DNA of 64,000 nt from positions 1,736,001 through 1,800,000 of the forward strand of contig OZ024747.1 of NCBI GenBank assembly GCA_964016885.1, in the 5' to 3' direction. This DNA comes from Eledone cirrhosa. Its lineage: Eukaryota. The notes under the pieces are model-generated. The model saw only the letters and a program-made list of their open reading frames with translations, was not told where the DNA came from and searched no databases. This document shows positions 41,160-52,264 of this stretch, one piece after another. How positions within the stretch are numbered: position 1 is the stretch's first letter; the number at the start of each line of letters is the position of its first letter. Both the position numbers and the translations under genes were made by a program.

Positions 41160-42470
41160 CAGATGAGCATAACGTAATATCGGCCTCCCAACCACTAAAT
41201 GGGAGACGGGTATTACACAACCCACCTGTACTGCTATCCCAACCTATCCATGGTGTACCCGCTACCCGCTACCCACAACAAAAACTGTAACTGCCACCTA
41301 CCTGAAAGATGTCCATTGAAGAATAAATGCCTAAAGTCCAACATTGTTTACCAATGCACTGTTGAATCGAACGATCAGAAATGGTATTATATCGGATCTA
41401 CCACTACCTCCTTTAAATCTTGCTGGTATCGTCATCGATTCTCAATTAAACATCCTAATCACCATTTTGTGACCAGCTCGCCAACAAGACCTGGCAACTC
41501 TGTGAACGCAACCAACAGTTCACCTTGAAATGGGATATACTTTCCAGCGCTAGTGCATATCGGAGTGGATTGAAGTACTGTAGGTTATGTAACCTTGAAC
41601 TCTTTTACATATTAAAATCCAAAAATAAATTACTAAATGATAGAATCGAACGATCATTATACTGCAACCACAAACTGAAGGCTAAATTCTCTCACTATAA
41701 AATAACTTAACATTCGAACCCGTAACTATAACATTGCTTTCTAGCTAACCACTTTCTCTTCCCCCTCACTACAAGACAATACCCTGCTTATCACTATAAA
41801 TGGAAACTTAGTGCAATTTGTAGACTACTACTATGAATTCAATGTACACCCTTCCCATAGCTTTCGTCTGTCCCCTCTCTATCTCTCCCTCTCTATCCAT
41901 TCCCCTCTCTCTCTCTCGCCCTAGGTCCACCTCCCTCCCTCTCCACATCTATGAACCTGCCCTCGGTGGCAATAAATAATTCCAACCTTGACTATTAACG
42001 GCAGCATCGCTTAAGGTGGTCGCTTTAAGAGTAACCAGTATAATAAAACCCCTACCACAACATTTTGATTAAGATATCTACAAACCACTCTCTCCCATTT
42101 CTCCAACCCCTGCATATCTCTCTCTCCCTCTCCCCTTCTTTTCTCTCTTCCTTTTCTACTCTATCTTCCCCAATAACCTCACTTAAGGGTATTTACATTG
42201 TACATTTTAACCATTCTGCTCTGATGATACAGTGGTCACAGCATTTGATAATTGAGTTTTGCACATAGCATAACTAGGCTATATAACCACCGTGGAAACA
42301 TTTGTAAGCACACAGAATAAATTACCTTTTTATGATGTCTACCTGTTATTATTCATTCTTTATCTACACTCTGGAATACAGAAGGATCAGGAACTGAGTT
42401 TCTTCAACTATTCTTTCATAACTCGTTGAGTAACCTCTCACCATACGTCAACTCTATCCAGTGTAGTAAT
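41160..42470 (+). mobile_element. 5'-truncated Penelope-like element: GIY-YIG endonuclease plus 3' region
   Basis: CNC..PERCPLKNKCL..NIVYQC...YYIGST...FK....H (41199..41528), frameshift, then KWDIL...YCRLCNLE...LLNDR.E....CNH (41525..41710). Hammerhead and AATAAA lie downstream. Confidence 0.88.
42217..42310 (+). ncRNA. Type-I hammerhead ribozyme of the Penelope-like element
   Basis: tgct-CTGATGA-tacagtggt...accaccgtg-GAAA-C-ATTT-GTA-agca, then AATAAA at 42316. Confidence 0.8.
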
Positions 42471-42546
42471 TATACAGATATAAATACATGCTTACATACA
42501 TAATGCCCACACATACACGCATGTATGTATATATATATATATATGC

Positions 42547-42962
42547 AGATATCAAGTTGTTGGATCAGATTATGGAGGTTACAGAAAGTGTGATAACAAA
42601 ATTGATGAGGGACAGAATTAATCTTGATGAGATGCAATTTGGCTTTATGCCAGGGAGAAGTACTATGGGTGCCATTTTCATAGTAAGACAACTGGAGGAA
42701 AAAATATTTAGCTCAAACAAATAACATTCTATATTTAGCATTTGTCAACTTTGAAAATTTTTTTTATAGAATCCCATGCTCTATAATATGTTAATTACTT
42801 CAGAAGCTAGGGATAGACGAATGGATTTTGAGGGCAGTACAAGCCATGTACAGTGGTGTAATCAGCAAAGTATTAACATTGAATACTGCGATGGGTGTGT
42901 GTAGGAGTGAACCAGGGCTCAGTTTTCTGTTCCCTCAGTATTTATCATAGTCCTACAGGATA
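42547..42962 (+). mobile_element. Decayed RTE RT fragment
   Basis: IKLLDQIMEV...LDEMQFGFMPGRSTMGAIFIVRQLEEK and VGVNQGSV. Confidence 0.85.
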
Positions 42963-44399
42963 TAATGGGAAGATGTGTCTCACCTGGTTACTGTGTGTAT
43001 GTCTCCTTTTGTCTTTCATCTCTTTAGCACTTTGTTCAACCTTTCTCTCTATTTCTTTCTTCACCAACTTTTCAATCACTATTTCAATTCATTTTACCAT
43101 CAAATCTTTTCATCACTTATTTCTTGGCTACGGTAGCAACTTTGCCATATTATTTTTACAACAGAAAATATTCTAATAATAACAATCTTATTTTAATCCC
43201 TGGTAAAAATATAACCTTGTGTCTACACAGGGCAGTGGTTTCCAACCTTTTTTCATTCAATGTACATTTTAGATGAAGTAAAAATATTTTGCTACAACTA
43301 AATTAAAAAATTTCTTCAAATGAGTTACTTAAAAATATTAACATAGCATTCAGTAGAAATATAGATAATTAAAAATACAGAAACAAATGAGTTGTCCTCC
43401 CTTCTGTAATCAATAAATGGAGCAAAATTATCAACAAAAAACATGCACTTATTGTATTTTTTTGACAATATAGGGTGGGCCTTAAGTTGCACACCAAAGT
43501 CAATGTAACAGTCATTACTTGAACTTGGTTCCAAGGACCACGATGCATCGAATCCTCAAAGACGAAAGTTCTCATTGATGCATTTGATGAAAGGAAGGGC
43601 ATCCAGCTATAGAAAGCTGGGAAGACCCTTCAGTTGTGTCAAAGACATGACAACTTCTCTACACTCAGTAGAACATGAGACCAAAATGTAAGCTAGATGC
43701 AGATCTCTGGTCTGCCTGGGAGGTCAATAGCCCTTCTTCAGTACTGACTTGGTTTATCCAGACCAGTCCAACCCATGCTAGCAGGGAAACTGAACATAAA
43801 GCGATGACAATGAGGATGATGATGAAGTTTTTCAATTTTTTCTATCCATGTCTGATTTTATTCTAAAAAGTAATTAATCTAGAAATATGAAATTGTTGTC
43901 CAAAAATTACTTCATATATATGGAAGACAATAAAAATATACAATGCAAACAATTCCTAAATTTCTTTTGTTTGTACTTGAAATATAAAAACAAAAAATGA
44001 AAAAAAAAAGCATGCATATTCTTCTTAGATTCCTTTAAAAATTACAGCAGATATTTGCATATCTTGAAGAATATAAAATTGCTTGCAAATTAAATTTGTA
44101 TCCATAAATATTGCAGTTTATCATATTTTGTAAATTAACTTTAAAAAGTAATTCCATCTTTTTTCTTTACACAATTAAAGTTATAATAATTGAATTACTT
44201 GTTAGTTTGAGAATCTAACCTAGTTTATTGTATTTTCTCTTTAGAAATCATGTTCAGCATATTTTGGTAATTCCATGTACTGCATGAGTTGTAAGTAGTT
44301 TAGTTTACCTGAGAACTTGTCTTAGGTTCAATGCATCTCATAACACACACACACACCTAATTGATGTTGAACTTGCTTACCTACCACCCACCCCGGCTC

Positions 44400-44995
44400 T
44401 GGTACACCTCACATGTTCAACCCATAAAAATTGGACACCCTCAATAGCCGATCTTCAACAATGCTGTTGCCATGATAAAAAGCACAAAGTCCACCCTGTA
44501 TGCTAATCTGGTGCCACAAAAACAAAAGCACTCAGTCCCACCTGTAAGGTGGTCATACTGGTGACATGACAAAAAGTACTCAGTTCACATTATAAGGGGG
44601 GTCGTGCTGGTGACACGACCAAAAGTACTCAGTTTACACTGTAAGGTAGTTGTGCAGGTGACACAACAAAAAAGTGCCTAGTCCTCACTGGAAGGTGGTC
44701 GTACTGGTGACATGATAATAAGCACCTAGTCCACCATGCAAGATGATCATATTGGTGACACAACAAAACGTGCCCTGTTCACTCTGTAAGGTAGTCGTTT
44801 CTGTGCCATGACAAAAAGCACCCAGTCCACACTGTAATGTGGTTGGTGCTAAGAAGGGCATCCAGCCCTTGAAATCAAGCCAAAATACAGATCTGTATGA
44901 GCCAGATATGGTCTGAGACCTGACTTATCTCATAAAGTGAAAACCTGTCTAACCCATGCAAGTGGGGAAAAATAGGAGTTAAACAATGATGATAT
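44400..44995 (+). mobile_element. RTE family-B-type 3' UTR with ~8 degenerate ~47-bp tandem units
   Basis: Repeated cagtccacactgtaaggtggtc..ctggtgacacgacaaaaag, then ggttggtgctaagaagggcatccagc and a gatgat tail. Confidence 0.7.
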
Positions 44996-44998
44996 ATA

Positions 44999-46181
44999 TC
45001 ATCATCATCATCATTTTACGTCCATTCTTCCATGCTAGCATGGGTTATATGGGTTGTCCTGTTGTGGGCAGTGTCCGGTCGGCTGACCACTGATTCTGGC
45101 TTGATTTCTACAGCTGAATACGCTTCCTAACACCAACCTCATTTATAGTGAGTGTTGGGTGCTTTTTTCTGTGGCGCCTACACGTCCACTTTACAGTGTG
45201 GGCTGGGTGCTTTTTTGCCATGGTACCTCCACGACCACTTTGCAGTGGGAGGGTGTGGGGGCATATTGTTTATATGCTTCGGCTTGTACCCGTGGGGGGT
45301 GGGTCTTCTGTATTACTGCGTGACGCCAGAGGTCACGGTTGTGTGTCATTGCCTTTGAGAGGTGTAATTGAGTAAGGTCGGCTTTTATCACCTCATCCCA
45401 GGTCTTCTTGGGTCTCCCTACTCCGCGGTTCCCATCAACTTCTAGTGCTCTGTACCTTTTTATGCAGTTATCATCCTTCATATGCATCACATGTCCATAC
45501 CGACGCAACTGCCTCTCCTGCACACAGCATTTGATTCCTCTTATGCTCAGTCTCTCTCTCAATTCATTTATGCTTTGTCGTTCACGTATATTACTATTAC
45601 ACATCCATCGGAGCATGCAGGCTTCGTTTCTTTCTAATCTACGCAAGTCTTCCACAGACAGCGCCCAGGTCTCACTACCATGTAACATTGCTGTTCGTAT
45701 ACACACATCATACAGTCTGCCTTTCATTTTGAGGGAAAAACCTTTTGCAGCTAGCAGTGGCAGTAGCTCCCTGAACTTCTTCCATCCCATTCTTACCCTA
45801 GTTATTGTACTTTCTGAACACCCACCCCCGCTGCTAATTCAGTCACTTAGGTAGCAGAAGCTGTCTACTGTTTCTACAGAGCTCTCCCAGAGTTTGGTGG
45901 TACTTGTTTCCTGTGGCTGTTTGCTGCTTGCTGTCCCAGCGCAGCTGCTACATGTGAAGCCTACATTCTTAGTTAAGCTTCCTGAAATCCCGCTACATCT
46001 CTTGTGTACCCACTGTTTGCATTTGGGGCAGAGAATGGAGTTCCTACCTACACCTTTCCTACATACTGAGCAAGGCCATTTCCCTGAGGGGATCTGGGTT
46101 CTATTTTCTCGTCTACTTACAAGGACCTTAGTCTTTGTCAGGTTGACTTTGAGACCCTTTCTTTCTAGTCCCTGCTTCCAA
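44999..46181 (-). mobile_element. RTE family-B LINE 3' portion (PHD finger, RT C-terminus, long 3' UTR, (GAT)n tail)
   Basis: ORFs 45839..46342 (part) and 45191..45790: KTKVL, C4HC3 finger, VDSFCYL, MLHGSETW, RYGHVMHM, GRPKKTW. Confidence 0.92.
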
Positions 46182-46493
46182 GTTATATATAAATATATAT
46201 GAAGTTGAAAATGCACACAAACAGCATATTTGATATAATATAGTTTATGATAATGATATTTTAATATCAACAGTATCAATATACACACGTATACACTCAG
46301 AAATATAAACATGAGTGGAAAAAATTTAATGCTTGTGACCATTCACACACATGCATATTTTTGCTAAAAAGATATGATCTCAGCACGAGACAGACAGCTG
46401 TCTAACCCATACTAGCACAGAAAATAGATGTCAAACAGTGATGATGATCTATGTATATATATATGTATGTATGTATATATGTATGTATATATA

Positions 46494-47379
46494 CAGGGTG
46501 CGGACGATATTTGTTCGCAACTTTCAACTGCTAATTTTATGCAAATTTTTTTTTACTTCTGTTGTCACTCTTGTCTTCATAAAAACAGTGACTATATTTC
46601 CATTATTTATTTTCAGAATAATTGATTATGAATAATTTTGAACCTCCAAATTTGTGGAAGAGACACGGAGTTCTTCTTGGAATCCGCGCCGGGAGGACAA
46701 ATAAGGAAATTTCAGACATTCTCAGCGTCAGCAAGTGAATGGTGGAAAATGTCAGACATGCCCAGAGTCATGCAGACAAAGTTTCCAGCGACAACATTGG
46801 TCTTAGGTGTCGTCAGCAGTCAAGGTGACATCATGCCACCTCACTTCTTCCCTGAGGGCCTCAAGCTGAACACCGATGGCTACATCCGCGTTCTGAGCGA
46901 GGTAGTAAAGCCCTGGATCGACCAGATAGCTGCAGGTAGGCCGTACGTGTGGCAGCAAGACTCAGCGCCCTGCCATACCAGCCGAAAGACTCAAGCCTGG
47001 CTGTCAGAGAACTTCGTCGACCACACTTCACCTGACATCTGGCCTCCCAGCTCGCCTGACTGCAACCTCCTTGACTTCTTTGTGTGGGGTGCAATGGAAT
47101 GAGACACCAACAGATCTAGCTGCAATACGAAAGACGAGCTGAAGGCCAGGATCACAAGTGCCTTTAGGGGCCTAAGTCGGGGGACAGTGATGAAGGCCTG
47201 TAGCTGGTTCTGAGGCCGCCTTGAGGCCGTCATCAAAGCCAATGGCGTGTTTATCGAGTGAGATCGAAAGAACAAGTCATGAAGACAAACTGACCCAAGT
47301 TTGATAAATATATCTTAAAAAATAAAACTGTGTTATTTTTTCTTAGACAGTAATCTTGCGAACAAATATCGTCTGCACC

Positions 47380-47382
<3 letters not shown>
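46494..47382 (+). mobile_element. Internally deleted Tc1/mariner transposon, DD37D (maT) type
   Basis: TIRs cagggtgcggacgatatttgttcgcaa / ttgcgaacaaatatcgtctgcaccctg with TA flanks. QQDSAPCH...WPPSSPDCNLLDF has 37 residues between the two Asp. Confidence 0.93.
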
Positions 47383-47417
<35 letters not shown>

Positions 47418-47749
47418 TCTTTGTTGCAATTTAAATTTTTTTATTATTCTTTCAACACTTGAATTATTAATACTGTCTTTCTTCCTTTATTAAAAATTAT
47501 GAATTTATTCTCTTAATATTCTTTGTTTGCATTACATCTATGAGTTTATCTCTTCGGCTGGCTTCATAATTGTTTTCTTGGGGGGCTGGGAGTCTGGGGG
47601 GAAGATTTTTATTCTTAATCATTCAATCATGATTTCCAATAAATGCTTAGATTATTTATCTAGGTCACAATTTATTTTCTGGATTCAATTGGAAATTTGC
47701 AAGTATCTATATTGGATTTTTTTTTCTTTTAATAAAATTTGCAAATATT

Positions 47750-47855
47750 CAGAGAGGAGATGCTGAAGGAATGCAATGTGTGGAGAGATGCTGTGCTGAA
47801 AAGGACCCTTCCAACCCATACTAACAGGGAAAATAAAAAACCGGACGTAAAAACA
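47750..47855 (+). mobile_element. RTE 3' end fragment
   Basis: tggagagatgctgtgctgaaaaggacc...ggacgtaaaa. Confidence 0.7.
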
Positions 47856-48609
47856 ATAAAGAAGAAGGAGGAGGAGGAGGAGGATTTAGTGTAGTTCAAT
47901 ATATAGAATATTGGGAGTTTCTTAGGCACAGTTTGTAAATTTATCAATTTTATTGAGAGATCAAATAAATCAGATTTGAAGATTTAATCATTTAATCTAT
48001 GATAAAATATGAGAAATAATTAATTATTTTGTATGATCAATTGGAATTAGAAAAGCGTAAATCAGAGAATAATATATGAAATCTTTTTGTTTATGAATTT
48101 CTTTAAAATAAAATCCTACAGAACTCTGGCCTGAATATTTTAAAGTAGAGAATTCAATATTTATATGTTGCAAGAGGTGACATTACTTTTTATTGCTCAA
48201 CAGTTGATAGAATAAATATTAGTTCGAGGGTTGGCTGAAAAGATGTCTTAGATAATGTATTCCGGGAATAACAGTGTTTGAAAATTGGATAATTTGATCA
48301 TGACTGGAATATTTAGATCATAGGTTTGTTTGATCAGGGCTTGACCTGCTAGAAATACCAGCCTAATATCCCTTGAATCCTAGCTTACCATTTTAAAAAA
48401 GAAAATATTAGATAATGTGGTCTTATGTTCCTTGTACAAAGAACAAAGACAAGATGGTCACAGCTAGAATGTCTTTGAGGCTAACCTTGGGTTTACAAAA
48501 ACAACACAATTCAAAATATCCACTTCTGCCTAAAACTCCATCTTTTTGCTGCGAACCTGTTATTTAAGTTATTTCAGCCTGGTTGCCATTAATATGTTAC
48601 CTAACGATA

Positions 48610-48930
48610 TGAACAGTTGATAAAATCAGAAATCAGTACAGCTCCCATGACTTTCAGAAACATTTTTTCACACTCAGAGTTGCTGAAGCATGGAACAAAC
48701 TCCCTGCACCAGTTGTTAGCTGTCGAGACACTGCATCCTTCAAAACTTCCATGATTCACCTCCATACACATACATGTGTGTGTGTGTATGTGTCTGTGTG
48801 TATATCATGTTTCATACACTGTTCACTTTTCTGACATTTATACACTTTACTATGTACTATACATGAACCTTTGATGAGTTGTGCACCTGAGCACTGTACA
48901 CAATAATTTTCATTATTATTATTATTATTC
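48610..48930 (+). mobile_element. CR1-like LINE 3' end with (ATT)n tail
   Basis: Encodes FFTLRVAEAWNKLPAPVVSCRDTASFK, like the CR1 'FF..RV...WN.LP..VV....FK' C-terminus. Confidence 0.7.
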
Positions 48931-49652
48931 TTTGAGTCTCAGTCATTGATGTTAGTTAACTGGAAAGTTTGCTGAAATGAATATCAAGCCACTAATTATT
49001 ATTATTATTATTATAAAGATTTCTAGTTGTGTTGCAGATGGTTAAAACCTTTAATTCACAGAATTGTAGAAGCATTGTCTACACTCTATTTCTTATAAGA
49101 TGGTGATAATAATGACAATAATTAGAAATTACATAAAAATTATTATTTCCCTGAATATACATTCTTACTTTAATATCAAATTATAAAATAATTTCCTTTG
49201 ATTCAATAGAATTTGTTCAGAGCTCACAGTATCTTTAAAATTACATTAAGAAATTTATAAAATAAGTTCGACATATTTATAATATAATATTGTAGGAATT
49301 TCTAGGTCTAAGATCCTCTTTCATTTGATTATATGTCCTCTTGTTTGAGAGAAAAGTTCAAGTAGATTCATTCAACTCTAGTTTCTTACTTTGATAATAT
49401 AACATAGAAGCAAAAGTTAAGAGTCTAATCTAATATTTACTATATTTACAATAGAATTAAATATTCTATCAGTCAACTATACCAATATCCTTGGCAAAGA
49501 TATCTTTGAAGTAATTTTAAACATAACCAGGCAATGATATTCTGGGGTAAAATGGACTGTAAAGAATTTAGTTTGGCAACAAATAAGTGTTTTATACCTG
49601 GCTATCTTTGACTGAAATTTTAATCAAATTGTCAGTGTTTCATTAAAGAAAT

Positions 49653-49699
<47 letters not shown>

Positions 49700-50555
49700 C
49701 TATAAGTAATGAATTAAAAAAATTCTAATAAGATATTGCAAAGATGTGAATATTGATATAAAGTCAATCAAAATATTTAACAGAATATAGGTGAGATGAA
49801 ACGCCATGTAAAACATACACTAAATAGAAAATAAAGAAATAAAATGATATAAATTCCTAAGCTTCATATTAAAATATATAAAAAAAATTAAATACAATAT
49901 TTGATCTGTGTAATGAAAAGAGAAGAAAAAACATATTTGAGATCTTTCAGAAGTGGAATATGAAGACTAGGGATTATTACTAACAAAGAACATGCCCTAA
50001 AGCTGAAAATGTTCAATACTAAAGAAATTAATGAAAACTAGATAATGACATAAGCTATTTTTGTCAGCATAAAGACGATGTATTAAAATATCACACTGCT
50101 TAGAATTTTTTTTTCTAGAGATGGTACAGATAGCAGCAGAAAAGCTGAATTATTCAAATTTAATAAAGAAACTACCATATATTTCAAAATAGTTTATAGG
50201 AGTTTCTTATATTTTATTAGTTAAAGCAATAACTGAAAAAATATTACTGAAGATTTTCCAACACTATTTCAATTTAGTTTCAGATTCAAACAAATATGAA
50301 AATATATCTGATGTAGCTTCAGGCCAATTCATTAAACAGAAAAATATAAAATATGTTGAGATGTTTAAAGCAATGAGGTTTATAGAAAGTTTTCATTAAT
50401 ATTTATAATTTTACCATTGTATGGGCACCAGGGATTAGTTTTAAAGTATTAAATGCAAGACTGATAGACTCTGTATCTGATGACTCAACTTGATAACGCA
50501 CACACACACACACACACAGACACACACATGAACACACACAATTACAACATCAGAA

Positions 50556-50631
50556 GTCTGATGAGCTTTTGATTCCAGAGTCGGGCCAGATCAATACAGA
50601 TCGAACCTTGAGCTGATCAATAGCGAAACGC
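50556..50631 (+). ncRNA. Truncated hammerhead motif of the 10710/17084 family
   Basis: CTGATGA-gcttttgat...atcaatagc-GAAAC with a paired stem II and a homologous insert. The 3' GUH and stem I are replaced by (TA)n. Confidence 0.5.
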
Positions 50632-50967
50632 TATATATATATATATATATATAAACATACACACACACATATATAAATAAATATACATACATAAACACAC
50701 ACACACGCATATATATGATCATAAAACAAAATTCCTTAGTAATCATTTTTCTAAAAATGAAAGTGAATAGCATTGAATATATTTTTACATGAGAAAATCT
50801 ATTTTACTGATTAAATTGACTGAAGTTAAAAGTGATATTCATGTTTCACTGAATTATTGAACAGGAAAATAGCCATTGTTGAAATTGTGTTTGGAATTCA
50901 GGATAAAAATTTGTTTGTTGTTGTTTTTGTTGTAATGATGATTAATATGATGATAGGGATGAATGAT

Positions 50968-51027
50968 AGTAGTAACAGTAGTAGTAGTAGTAACAGTAGT
51001 AGTAGCAGTAGTAGTAACAGTAGTAAC

Positions 51028-51064
<37 letters not shown>

Positions 51065-51126
51065 ACAGTAGTAGTAGTAGTAGTAGTAACAGTAGTAGTA
51101 GTAGTAGTAGTAGTAACAGTAGTAAC

Positions 51127-51166
<40 letters not shown>

Positions 51167-51168
51167 AC

Positions 51169-51202
<34 letters not shown>

Positions 51203-51246
51203 ACAGTAGTAACAGTAGTAGTAGTAGTAGTAGTAACAGTAGTAAC

Positions 51247-51280
<34 letters not shown>

Positions 51281-51312
51281 ACAGTAGTAGTAGTAGTAGT
51301 AGTAGTAGTAAC

Positions 51313-51346
<34 letters not shown>

Positions 51347-51357
51347 ACAGTAGTAAC

Positions 51358-51391
<34 letters not shown>

Positions 51392-51522
51392 ATAGTAGTA
51401 ATAGTAGTAATAGTAGTAACAGTAGTAGTAGTAGTAGTAGTAGTAACAGTAGTAACAGTAGTAGTAGTAGTAGTAGTAGTAGTAATAGTAGTAATAGTAG
51501 TAATAGTAGTAATAGTAGTAAC

Positions 51523-51556
<34 letters not shown>

Positions 51557-51624
51557 ACAGTAGTAACAGTAGTAGTAGTAGTAGTAGTAACAGTAGTAAC
51601 AGTAGTAGTAGTAGTAGTAGTAAC

Positions 51625-51658
<34 letters not shown>

Positions 51659-51771
51659 ACAGTAGTCACAGTAGTAGTAGTAGTAGTAGTAATAGTAGTA
51701 ATAGTAGTAATAGTAGTAATAGTAGTAACAGTAGTAACAGTAGTAGTAGTAGTAGTAGTAACAGTAGTAAC

Positions 51772-51805
<34 letters not shown>

Positions 51806-51924
51806 ACAGTAGTAACAGTAGTAACAGTAGTAGTAGTAGTAGTAGTAATAGTAGTAATAGTAGTAATAGTAGTAATAGTAGTAGTAGTAGTAGTAATAGT
51901 AGTAATAGTAGTAACATTAGTAAC

Positions 51925-51961
<37 letters not shown>

Positions 51962-52045
51962 ACAGTAGTAACAGTAGTAACAGTAGTAGTAGTAGTAGTA
52001 GTAGTAATAGTAGTAATAGTAGTAATAGTAGTAACAGTAGTAACG

Positions 52046-52093
<48 letters not shown>

Positions 52094-52104
52094 ACAGTAG
52101 TAAC

Positions 52105-52141
<37 letters not shown>
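50968..52141. repeat. (AGT)n trinucleotide array with AAC/AAT interruptions
   Basis: Direct reading. Confidence 0.98.
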
Positions 52142-52264
52142 ATGACAATGACGCTGATGATGATGTCAATCATGATAATAATTACAATGTATTATTGATC
52201 ATTTACAATTAAGATGATAATTGAATTAAGTATTAACGTGGTTCAAATGGTTTTTATCTTCAAA

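Noticed and set aside
41710-42200. SECIS element downstream of the Penelope-like ORF
   Set aside because: ATGA...TGA candidates lack a paired helix II, and the visible ORF has no in-frame TGA.
50854-52212. Poly-Thr/Ser/Val/Leu ORFs resembling a mucin
   Set aside because: Pure (AGT)n array open in four frames, with no signal peptide, splice context or unique domain.
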